The notes beneath the pieces are model-generated. The model saw only the letters and a program-made list of their open reading frames with translations. It was not told where the DNA came from and did not search any database. From positions 1 to 50,196 of IMG/VR virus record IMGVR_UViG_3300036832_000479: 50,196 nt of DNA. One strand, written 5' to 3'. This stretch comes from a virus (lineage: Duplodnaviria > Caudoviricetes). Numbering within the stretch: position 1 is the first letter of the stretch; each line of letters opens with the position of its first letter. Shown here piece by piece: positions 1 through 8,126 of the stretch. A program made the translations under genes and the position numbers.

Positions 1-287
1 CGTTTCCGAAGGCATGACGCCACCCACGCCGGGCGGATTCGTCGCCGCCAGTGGACGGCCGGCTTATGTCGGCGCGGTCATGGGTGCAGCCGCAATCGGC
101 ATGATCGCCGCCGCAGCCGAACGCCAGCACGAGAAAATCGACACCTACACCGACTGCATGGTGGCGCACGGGTTCCGGGTGGCCGCCAAATGATCAAGTT
201 TATTCTCGGCGTGATCCTATTCCCGCTGCTGTTCTGCATCGGCGTCTATGGCTGCACCATGGCCCACGTCGCCGTCCTGACCCACTG
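1..287. repeat. Imperfect terminal direct repeat, left copy (partner at 49908-50196)
   Basis: Direct comparison: identical apart from about 6 substitutions and a short ATT/CTGCT indel in the middle. Confidence 0.95.
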
Positions 288-288
288 A
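190..288 (+). CDS. Small hydrophobic peptide, 32 aa (MIKFILGVILFPLLFCIGVYGC...)
   Basis: ATGA overlap with the stop of the upstream lipoprotein gene; one TM-like stretch; translated by hand. Confidence 0.45.
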   Translation: MIKFILGVILFPLLFCIGVYGCTMAHVAVLTH

Positions 289-296
289 GGCTGACC

Positions 297-563
297 ATGG
301 TTTATCGAACACCCTCGTGGGCAGCTCCGCTCGCGATCGGCGACCAAATCCGGCAGACCCTCAAGGCCAAGCATCTGACGGTCGAACGCGCAGCGGATCA
401 GCTCGGCGTCAGCCGCGTCCTGCTGTCCCGCGTTCTCGGCGGCCAAGGCCGCTTGTCGGTCGCGCTTGCGGTCGCGCTGCAACGACAGTTCGGGCTGGAC
501 GCCTATGACCTGCTTAATTTGCAACTCAAGGCCGCGATCGAACACACGCGGCGATACGGCTAA
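297..563 (+). CDS. XRE/HigA-like HTH DNA-binding protein
   Basis: LTVERAADQLGVSRVLLSRVLGG HTH followed by LSVALAVAL..FG..A..LLNLQ, a HigA-antitoxin-like pattern. Confidence 0.75.
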   Translation: MVYRTPSWAAPLAIGDQIRQTLKAKHLTVERAADQLGVSRVLLSRVLGGQGRLSVALAVALQRQFGLDAYDLLNLQLKAAIEHTRRYG

Positions 564-586
564 CCACAAATAAAGGAACCCACCAC

Positions 587-1105
587 ATGATCACGAAAAC
601 CATCCTGGCGGCGCTCGCCGTCATCTCGCTCACCACCACGGCCGGAGCCGCCAAGGCAAGCAACTGGTTTATGTTCGGCTCCCAAGGAAGCGGACCGCAG
701 GAAGAACTGGACTTCTACGACGCCGCGACCGTCGTCAATAATAACGGGCATGTTCGCGTCTGGACTAAATTTCTGTCAAAACTAGAGGTTGACGAAATCA
801 ACCCTAATAGTCGGATTGGCAAGCAAGTCATGAGTTTCGCCGCAGCGAAACTCAATGAATACTCTCCTAATGTCAGGAACGCCAATTTTGATGCCATTAT
901 ATACAATGACGCCGTCGCCGATCTGTCCAATATTACTCCAAGGTTCAAAATACTCTACGACATCGACTGCACCAACAATACAATTAGCATCCTACAAACG
1001 ATGGAGCCGAATGGTGCAGCAACCGGCTGGGGCCCAGGGTTCACGTACCTTGCACCCGATACGGTCGGCGCGTCGCTCAAGCAACTCGTCTGCCCGGCAG
1101 GCTGA
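587..1105 (+). CDS. Secreted/periplasmic protein, resembles surface adhesin E-like family
   Basis: N-terminal signal peptide ending AKA; VRVWTK and YDIDC...terminal C motifs; lower GC; AAGGA RBS. Confidence 0.55.
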   Translation: MITKTILAALAVISLTTTAGAAKASNWFMFGSQGSGPQEELDFYDAATVVNNNGHVRVWTKFLSKLEVDEINPNSRIGKQVMSFAAAKLNEYSPNVRNANFDAIIYNDAVADLSNITPRFKILYDIDCTNNTISILQTMEPNGAATGWGPGFTYLAPDTVGASLKQLVCPAG

Positions 1106-1116
1106 CCAAAATAGGG

Positions 1117-1145
1117 CTTGCATGGCGTATGCCAATGGACTATAT
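1117..1145 (+). promoter_or_regulatory. Repeated sigma70-type promoter with CCAWTGG operator-like spacer, copy 1
   Basis: CTTGCA-N17(tggcgtatgccaatgga)-CTATAT upstream of RBS and ATG 1193. Confidence 0.75.
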
Positions 1146-1192
1146 ACTGACGGGCCGCGGCGATCCTGCCGCGTGCCCACGAGGAAATAACG

Positions 1193-1372
1193 ATGTCCAC
1201 CTATACCGGACTGCTGGAGCTCAACGATAAGATCGGCCGGCTCCTGCTCGCTCATGTCGGTTGGCAGGGTCCATCCATGCCGGACGAAGCGGCGGAACAG
1301 CTTATCGTTGCTCGCGAAGCGATCCGCGCCGCTATGCGCGTCATGGAACGGACGCCCAAGGATGCCGCGTGA
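1193..1372 (+). CDS. Hypothetical protein, 59 aa
   Basis: GAGGA RBS; ORF MSTYTGLLELNDKIGR... translated by hand; follows promoter copy 1. Confidence 0.6.
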   Translation: MSTYTGLLELNDKIGRLLLAHVGWQGPSMPDEAAEQLIVAREAIRAAMRVMERTPKDAA

Positions 1373-1374
1373 CT

Positions 1375-1644
1375 ATGGAAGCCGAACGCTACAACGTCGA
1401 GTGCCCGCGCTGCCTGGGAACCGGCAAATTCGATCGCGGGACCTGCTTCAAATGCAAAGGCCGCCGTTCCGTCACCACCAAACTCAAGCCGGAATCGGAG
1501 CCGCGCAATTTCGTCGTGACCTTCGACAATGGCAAGCAGGATTTCATCCGCATGTATTTCTTCACCCGCGAATACGCGCTGAAAGCGATCCAGCATCAGA
1601 TGATCGTGCGCGGCTGGCTCGGCACTATTACAGAAGTGGAGTAA
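1375..1644 (+). CDS. Small protein with DnaJ-type zinc-finger motif
   Basis: CPRCLGTG...CFKCKG (CxxCxGxG repeats); start set at ATG 1375. Confidence 0.6.
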   Translation: MEAERYNVECPRCLGTGKFDRGTCFKCKGRRSVTTKLKPESEPRNFVVTFDNGKQDFIRMYFFTREYALKAIQHQMIVRGWLGTITEVE

Positions 1645-1770
1645 AACCATGCTCGTAATTGTATTCTGGATCGGCGTTATTTGCGTGTTTGGATTTCACG
1701 CCGCATTTCACTTGTTTTCTATCTTAAGCTTGCTTTGTCTCGCAGGCTTGATCTTCGCTGGGGTTATAGC

Positions 1771-2037
1771 ATGACCCGGCTTATCTCCCACCAGCGCGCC
1801 GGCCGGATCGCGCGCGCCAATATCTCCGAGCTATGCCGCGTGGTCGGCACGACGCGCTGGCACTATCGGACGTTCAACCCGTGGATTCAGATGTGGCAGG
1901 ATGGCGCCTATCGCGAATTCCGTGACGCGCAAACGGAGCGCATCACTACCATCAACGGGCTAATCGATCGGCTCGTCACGCTGGATGCCAGCCTGAGCGA
2001 CGCTGACGCCTATCGCGCCGCCGACAACGTGAAATGA
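1771..2037 (+). CDS. Hypothetical protein
   Basis: ORF from ATG 1771, co-oriented with neighbours. Confidence 0.45.
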   Translation: MTRLISHQRAGRIARANISELCRVVGTTRWHYRTFNPWIQMWQDGAYREFRDAQTERITTINGLIDRLVTLDASLSDADAYRAADNVK

Positions 2038-2044
2038 GCGGCCC

Positions 2045-2533
2045 ATGAATTACGAAGCTATGCGCATCGTGCTAGCCGGCGCGCTGATCGCGGAAGTGGA
2101 CCAATGGGTGGTGACGCCCGCCGCCAGAGCACGGGCGCTGGGTATAAAGGCATCCCAGGTCAACAATCTCCTAGCCGGCCGGATGGAAAAGCTGACGCTT
2201 AGCACACTAGTCCGGGTTGCGCTGCACGCCGGCATTGGCGTCCGGCTAATAGCTTATCGTCCAGGCCCGTCGCCGTCATTCCGGGAAGCCGAAACCTACT
2301 ACACTATGCGCGTGGCACTAGTCATGGAGCTATGCCAGGAGCTTGAAACTTGGCCCGGCAAACAGGCAGCAAAAGGACACCGGCTAGGCATAACAGCGGC
2401 GCAAGTCAGCAAATTGCTGAGTGACGGCGTAGACGCGTTCGCGCTCGGCTCGCTGGTGCGTATGGCAACGAACGCCGGCATTGCTATGCGCATGATCGTC
2501 ATTCAGTCGGTTCACAACGGAGCTGCATTATGA
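2045..2533 (+). CDS. Tandem double XRE-HTH protein (HigA2-like repeats)
   Basis: Two internal repeats: LGIKASQVNNLLAGRMEKLTLSTLVRVALHAGI and LGITAAQVSKLLSDGVDAFALGSLVRMATNAGI. Confidence 0.75.
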   Translation: MNYEAMRIVLAGALIAEVDQWVVTPAARARALGIKASQVNNLLAGRMEKLTLSTLVRVALHAGIGVRLIAYRPGPSPSFREAETYYTMRVALVMELCQELETWPGKQAAKGHRLGITAAQVSKLLSDGVDAFALGSLVRMATNAGIAMRMIVIQSVHNGAAL

Positions 2534-2793
2534 CCGAATTCCACAACGACAATCCGCTTCAGCCGGCGCCGATCACCGAAATCTTCCTCTGGATCGGCGT
2601 CGGCGAAAACGGGTCAGAAGGCTTGATCGCGTCTGATTTTCCCATCCCGCCCGGTGTCACCCGCCATATGCCGCTGATGTCGAGCGATCACGAGCTTGCC
2701 AAGGTAATGCGACCGCTGGCAGAGGAGATCGCGGCCAGCAGCGTCTGGATCACCTATGTGGAACTGCGCCGCTTCAAGGCGGTCGACTCGTGA
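2530..2793 (+). CDS. Hypothetical protein
   Basis: ATGA/GTGA overlaps with neighbours. Confidence 0.6.
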   Translation: MTEFHNDNPLQPAPITEIFLWIGVGENGSEGLIASDFPIPPGVTRHMPLMSSDHELAKVMRPLAEEIAASSVWITYVELRRFKAVDS

Positions 2794-3449
2794 CCGATAT
2801 CCGTCCCGGCCTGCCGCCAGCTCCCGGCAAAATCCGCCGTCTGCCGGTCGATGCGCGCGGATATCCCGTGCCGTGGTTCGTCGGCTGGCTCAAGCATCCC
2901 GAAACCGGCGAACGCTATCCCGAATTCCGTGTCATCGGTCCCAGCCGGATCGCCCAGGCCGTGCGCGAAAAACGCTGCTGGGTGTGTGGTGAGCCGCTAA
3001 ACCGCCGCAACATGGCATTTGTGATCGGGCCGATGTGCGCCGTCAATCGCGTCTCCAGCGAACCACCGTCGCACGTCGAATGCGCCGCGTGGTCGGCGCG
3101 CGCCTGTCCGTTTCTGACCCTCCCGAAAGCCCAGCGCCGCGATGCAGGCTTGCCAGAAGACGCGCCCATGGCCGGCATCGGCATCATGCGAAATCCCGGC
3201 GTCACGCTGGTCTGGATCACCCGCAGCTTCGAGCCGTTCGCTGCGCCGGGTGGGGTGCTGTTCCAGGTCGGTCCGCCGCTCGAATGCCGCTGGTATGTCG
3301 AAGGCCGGCCAGCCACGCGGGCCGAAGTCCTGGCGTCTATCGACAGCGGTTTGCCGCTCCTGCGCGACATGGCCGAAAAGGATGGCGCCGACGCCATCGC
3401 CGCGCTGGAGCTGCTGATCCGTGATGCCATGATGGTGCTACCGGCGTGA
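2790..3449 (+). CDS. Conserved phage hypothetical protein with Cys/His metal-binding motifs
   Basis: CWVCG, GPMC, HVECA...CPF motifs; operon-like overlaps. Confidence 0.65.
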   Translation: MTDIRPGLPPAPGKIRRLPVDARGYPVPWFVGWLKHPETGERYPEFRVIGPSRIAQAVREKRCWVCGEPLNRRNMAFVIGPMCAVNRVSSEPPSHVECAAWSARACPFLTLPKAQRRDAGLPEDAPMAGIGIMRNPGVTLVWITRSFEPFAAPGGVLFQVGPPLECRWYVEGRPATRAEVLASIDSGLPLLRDMAEKDGADAIAALELLIRDAMMVLPA

Positions 3450-3796
3450 TCAAGCGTCCGCTGCACTATCGGCTGATCGGCCGCCTGCCCGTTCCGTGCG
3501 AGCTGATGGAATGGGCGCGCTGGTTTGAAACCGCCGACGACGAACGCCGCGTCGCGCTCGCTCAAATTGGCCCGCTCAGCGTATCGACCGTCTTCCTGGG
3601 GACCGATTACGAATATCGCGACGGGTTTCCGGCGATCCTGTTTGAAACCATGATCTTCGGCAGCGACGATCACGCGAACTGGTATCAGACGCTATGCGAA
3701 ACCTGGGCCGATGCCGAGCTGATGCACCGAACCGCCGTCAGCCATGCCGAGCAGATCGTGGCTAGCGCTGCGAAGCTGCTGGAGCCGCATCACTAG
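3446..3796 (+). CDS. Conserved phage hypothetical protein
   Basis: VSTVFLG.D...P.LFETMIFG motif familiar from phage hypothetical proteins. Confidence 0.65.
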   Translation: MIKRPLHYRLIGRLPVPCELMEWARWFETADDERRVALAQIGPLSVSTVFLGTDYEYRDGFPAILFETMIFGSDDHANWYQTLCETWADAELMHRTAVSHAEQIVASAAKLLEPHH

Positions 3797-4064
3797 CACG
3801 GGGGCACCGTGCAGATATAACCCGGCGAGGTATATACCAACGGCCTAGATTTCGGCGCGCTGACTCGTGTCCGCATAACCCTGCCTGACAATCCGCTCGG
3901 AAAATCCGCTCACCATAACAGAGCGGAAAATCCTGCCCGGTTACGCGCTGCTATTTGACCGACCAATTAGCCTGTACGCGCAATTCCGGGTCATAAAATT
4001 ACCGAGCTATCTGGACAACTTGTTATCAAGCGATAACTAGCGCAACCACGGGTTGGCAGTTTTT

Positions 4065-4561
4065 CCTTCACCATTGATGAAGGTCGCCGAGGAAACCAGA
4101 TCGGACGCCGGTTTTTCTGGCTCAAGTAACGCCGGCAGCAATGATTTTTAATCTCGGCTCGACTGCGCCGCAGCCCGTGGCTAGCCATAGGTTTTACTAG
4201 CCAATACCTATCCACGAGAAACCGGCGCAGACTTTTTCCCGTGACTTAATCCTTCAGATATGAGTGGTGAAGGTAAATCAATTTTGGTGAAGGACTGGTG
4301 AAGGAACTGATGAAGGTAATTATATATATATATCAATATAATAGGCGAATACCTATCAGCCCGGTCTCGTTGAAAAAACGCAAACACTTAAAACTGTAGT
4401 ATACCCGAAAAAGGGGCAACATTGCTGCCATATAATTTTAGGTAGGGAGCCGCAGGGCGGAAAATCCTTCACCACCTTCACCAAGCAAGCGAAATCAACG
4501 CGGTAATCCTTCACCACGTTCCTTCACCACACCTTCACCAGACGGGCTTTTACCTTCACCA
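4065..4561. repeat. Iteron-like array of CCTTCACCA/TGGTGAAGG around an AT-rich core; candidate replication origin
   Basis: Ten perfect 9-mers (4065; reverse at 4265, 4285, 4296; forward at 4466, 4475, 4508, 4521, 4532, 4553), two TGATGAAGG variants, and an AT tract at 4317-4343. Confidence 0.7.
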
Positions 4562-4672
4562 GTGAAAGGCTAACTCGCTCGGGCTAAAGGCTTTTTTACG
4601 CTTTTACGGCGGTCCGTCAAGGGCTTTCCGACCGGTGAGGCCGGGGCCGATCGGCGCCTTGGGGGGGGTCTT

Positions 4673-4714
4673 GGGTCCTTTCGACGCCGGCCGGCAGGTG
4701 CGGGACGCTCGCGG
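4673..4714 (+). promoter_or_regulatory. Lambda-like cosQ/cosN candidate packaging site
   Basis: GGGTCCTTTC...CAGGTGCGGGACGCTCGCGG resembles lambda GGGTCCTTTC...CAGGTTACGGGGCGGCGACCTCGCGG; lies upstream of terS. Confidence 0.5.
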
Positions 4715-5006
4715 CTCCCAGTTTGGGGGCCGGCGCTCACGGTATGGCCGCGCGGCCCGCTCATGGTCAAAATCGACGCTATGGCACCCAGGAAGGCCGC
4801 TGGTGACTCGCGGGCTGTCCCCTACTTGACCCCCCATGGCAAGCAAGCCTACGCCGCTTGGAGTGGGACTGGCGTGGCCCGTAGTGGGCTCGGCTCGGTC
4901 GGTCCGGAGTGAGTCCGGTGCAGCTCCGTGGCTGGTGGAAACGGCGGGATATGCCGGCGGCGTCCGAAGATGCTAGGTTTTCTGCGGGTTTCAGGAGGGC
5001 GAGGGC

Positions 5007-5423
5007 ATGGCAGATCGGCTGATGGATCAGGCGGACGGGCGTTCGATGCCGCGGACCCGGATTCGCGGCACGGAACCGGTGCGGGCAGGCCCCGGTGGCG
5101 GGCATGGACGGCGGGCCAATTCACAGGTCTCGGTCGAGGAAGCCGATAAGTACATCCGCGCCAAGATAATGCGGGAGGTACTACAGGCGCAGGCGCTACA
5201 ATTAAAAATTCAACAGGCAAAGGGTGAGCTTATCCCGACCAGCCTTGCACAGGCGGACGGTGTGGAATTAGCGGTGGTCCTGGTGGGCGCCCTGCAATCC
5301 CTGCCCGACCGCGTGGCGCCGGAGCTGGCCGCGATGGGCGATGAGCACGACGTTCATCGCTATTTGGTGAAGGAAATCAATCTGTTGATCGAGGAAATCC
5401 GCAAGAAAACCGACTACAAGTAA
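5007..5423 (+). CDS. terS: Terminase small subunit (Nu1-like)
   Basis: KGELIP...LQSLPDRVAPELA helical pattern; directly upstream of TerL; GGAGG RBS. Confidence 0.75.
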   Translation: MADRLMDQADGRSMPRTRIRGTEPVRAGPGGGHGRRANSQVSVEEADKYIRAKIMREVLQAQALQLKIQQAKGELIPTSLAQADGVELAVVLVGALQSLPDRVAPELAAMGDEHDVHRYLVKEINLLIEEIRKKTDYK

Positions 5424-5480
5424 ATCTCAGCGTGGATAGTAATGAGCCGTGAACCGGCATTCGTAAGAGAGTAAACAATA

Positions 5481-8126
5481 ATGGCTAAACCCCGATCTGC
5501 GGCGCGCGTCCTGGAAGATGGCAAGCAACGCGAAATCATGCGACAACATAACGCCGGTTTGGAGGCCGAGAAAGCTGCCGCGGCAGGCAAAAAACCGGGT
5601 TTGAGGGGAAATTCAACCCGAGGACGCCGGAAAACAGCACAGATTTCAGAGGTTGAAATAAAGATTATACAGGAAGCTGCCTCGGCAGCGATCGGTCAGG
5701 ATGCGAATATCCCGGCAGATATCAAAGACTTAGCCCTGGCGGCGGCGTCGCCACCCGGCGCCGGCAAAATCAAGCGCGATCGGCCGATGTGGGACGGTTT
5801 TCGCAGCGTGTTCGTGCAGCTCCCGGACATGACGGTGAGCGAGTGGGCGGACCTGTATCGCATCCTGCCACGGACCGGATCGGCCGCACCGGGACCCTGG
5901 CGCACCGCGCGCACGCCGTACCTCAAGGCGATCATGGACGATCTGAGCCCACAGACCCGCGTCCGGGAGGTGGTGTTCTGCAAGGGCTCGCAGATCGGCG
6001 CACCGCTGGCGCTTGATACGCCGGTCCTGACAGTCCAGGGCTGGAAGACGATCGGCGCGGTGGAGGTTGGCGACCGGGTGTATGATGAAAATGGCAAGCC
6101 GCGCTTCGTCACCGGCCTGTCCGACGTGTTCACCGGCCGGGACTGCTTCGCGGTTTCGTTCAGCGACGGTACGGTGATCGTCTCGGACGGCGAGCATCGC
6201 TGGCCGGTGCAGCTCGGGCGTAACCGCCGGCAGGTGATCCGGCGCACGGCCGAGCTCATGCCGTATCTCGACGCCGGCCACCATGCCTCGGTGCCGCTGG
6301 TCAACCCGCCGCGCGCCTACCGGGACCGGGATGAGCTGCCGCGTCGGCGCCGCATGGTCAGCGTCCGGCCGGTGGCGTCCGTGCCCGTCCGCTGCATCCA
6401 GACCGAATCGCCGTCGCACCTGTTCCTGGTCGGCCTGACGATGATCCCGACGCATAACACCGAAGCCGGCACCAACTGGATTCTGTACGCGATGGACGTG
6501 ACGCCGGGACCGTTCCTCGCGGTGCAGCCGACCGAGGGCACCGCGACGCGGTGGAGCAAGCAGAGGGTGGGCCCGTCGCTCGAAGCCTGCGCGCAGCTCA
6601 AAGGGAAGGTGAAGCGCGCCAGCGGCAACACCGCCGGCAGCTCCATTCTGCAAAAGGACTATCCCGGCGGGACGCTGGTGATCAGCGGCGCCAACGCGCC
6701 GGCCGCGCTGGCATCGATGCCGATCGGCAACGTGTACGCCGATGAAATCGACCGTTATCCGCTCGACGTCGGCGAGGAAGGCGACCCGCTAGACCTGATC
6801 CGCCAGCGCACCGCGACCTATCCGCGGGCCAAGATTTTCTACACGTCGACGCCGACCCTCCTGATGTCGTCGAAAATCTGGGCGCTGTACCAGCAGTCGG
6901 ATCAACGGGTGCTGGAAGTGCCCTGCCCGCATTGTGGCGAGCTTCAGGAAATCCGGTTCGAGAATCTGCGCTGGCCGCGCGGGTCGCCGGAGGAAGTGGC
7001 GCTTTATTGCGTCGCCTGCACCAAGGCGATTCCGGAGCTGCACAAGACCTGGATGCTGGCGAACGCGTCGTGGATCGCCCGCAAGCCCGGGCACTGGCGG
7101 CACGGATATCACCTGTCGAGTCTATATAGCCCGCTCGGCTGGCTGTCCTGGATGGTGATCGCCCGGCGATTTGAGGAATGCGGGACGGACGTTGAAAAGA
7201 AGAAAAGCTTTACCAACACGATCCTGGGCCTGCCCTGGGAGGAAAGCGGCGAGACGATCGCGGCCGAATTCCTGGAGCGCCGCAAGGAGCAGTATGCCGG
7301 TCAGGTGCCGGACCGAGTCCTGCTGCTGACGCTAGCGGTCGACGTGCAGGCGGCGCGGCTGGAAATCGAAGTCTGCGGCTGGGGCCGTGACGAAGAATCC
7401 TGGGGCATCGAATATCGGACGATCCTCGGCGATCCTGCCGAACTGGTCGGGCCGGAGCCGGGCACGCCGTCCGTCTGGGATCAGTTGGAGGAATACCGCA
7501 AGCAGGTCTGGCGGCGCGCGGACGGCCGTGAGATGCGGGTGGCGTGCGTCACCATCGATAGCGGCGGGCACTATACGGATACGGTGTATGAGTACACGCG
7601 GCCGCGGGAACGCCAGCGGGTGTTCTCGGTCAAGGGCAGCTCGATTGCCGAGCGGGCGATCCTGACCAAGCCGACGCGCAACACGCGCAACCGGGCCGCC
7701 CTGTTCGTGGTCGGCGTCGACAAGGCGAAGGAGCTGATCTATTCGCGACTGCGGCTGGAAGGAAGCGGCCCGGGCTCGTGCCATTTCCCCAGCGATTCCT
7801 ACTCGGGATATGACGCGGCGTATTATGCCGGGCTCACCAGCGAGAAGCGGGTGATCAAGCATCTGCACGGGTATCCGGTGCTCAGGTGGGAGAAGCCGCG
7901 CGACGCCAGAAACGAGCCGCTGGATCTGCGGGTGTACGGGACGGCCGCGATCCGGATTCTAAAACCGGCCTGGGACATCCTGGAAGCCCGCATGGCCGGG
8001 GTGACGGCGCCGCCGATCAGAGTCGAGTCGACTCCGGTACCAGTGCCGCAGGCGATCGTGGCGGCCGCGCAGGCGCCGCGCCGCACGCCGCGGCCGCGCC
8101 GGCCGGACGGCATCTTCACGGACTAA
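5481..8126 (+). CDS. terL: Terminase large subunit (lambda gpA family) with intein
   Basis: TVSEWAD, GPWRTARTPY, KGSQIGA|TE Walker A, YADEID Walker B, CPHCGE, VDVQ, IDSGG, RNEPLD nuclease motifs. Confidence 0.95.
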   Translation: MAKPRSAARVLEDGKQREIMRQHNAGLEAEKAAAAGKKPGLRGNSTRGRRKTAQISEVEIKIIQEAASAAIGQDANIPADIKDLALAAASPPGAGKIKRDRPMWDGFRSVFVQLPDMTVSEWADLYRILPRTGSAAPGPWRTARTPYLKAIMDDLSPQTRVREVVFCKGSQIGAPLALDTPVLTVQGWKTIGAVEVGDRVYDENGKPRFVTGLSDVFTGRDCFAVSFSDGTVIVSDGEHRWPVQLGRNRRQVIRRTAELMPYLDAGHHASVPLVNPPRAYRDRDELPRRRRMVSVRPVASVPVRCIQTESPSHLFLVGLTMIPTHNTEAGTNWILYAMDVTPGPFLAVQPTEGTATRWSKQRVGPSLEACAQLKGKVKRASGNTAGSSILQKDYPGGTLVISGANAPAALASMPIGNVYADEIDRYPLDVGEEGDPLDLIRQRTATYPRAKIFYTSTPTLLMSSKIWALYQQSDQRVLEVPCPHCGELQEIRFENLRWPRGSPEEVALYCVACTKAIPELHKTWMLANASWIARKPGHWRHGYHLSSLYSPLGWLSWMVIARRFEECGTDVEKKKSFTNTILGLPWEESGETIAAEFLERRKEQYAGQVPDRVLLLTLAVDVQAARLEIEVCGWGRDEESWGIEYRTILGDPAELVGPEPGTPSVWDQLEEYRKQVWRRADGREMRVACVTIDSGGHYTDTVYEYTRPRERQRVFSVKGSSIAERAILTKPTRNTRNRAALFVVGVDKAKELIYSRLRLEGSGPGSCHFPSDSYSGYDAAYYAGLTSEKRVIKHLHGYPVLRWEKPRDARNEPLDLRVYGTAAIRILKPAWDILEARMAGVTAPPIRVESTPVPVPQAIVAAAQAPRRTPRPRRPDGIFTD
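6003..6458 (+). mobile_element. Class 3 mini-intein, 152 aa, no homing endonuclease, in TerL Walker A
   Basis: PLALDTP start, DGEHRW block B, VRCIQ block F, PTHN|T block G; removal restores KGSQIGATEAG. Confidence 0.9.

Noticed and set aside
1-287. Terminal near-duplicates as a DGR template/variable repeat pair
   Set aside because: Differences are not adenine-specific and no reverse transcriptase is encoded
4065-4561. Repeat array as CRISPR
   Set aside because: Repeats are 9 bp, irregularly spaced, in both orientations, with no spacer-sized unique units
4570-5220. Several overlapping Arg/Pro-rich ORFs upstream of terS
   Set aside because: Compositionally spurious, no RBS or motifs; region is better explained as cos/regulatory DNA
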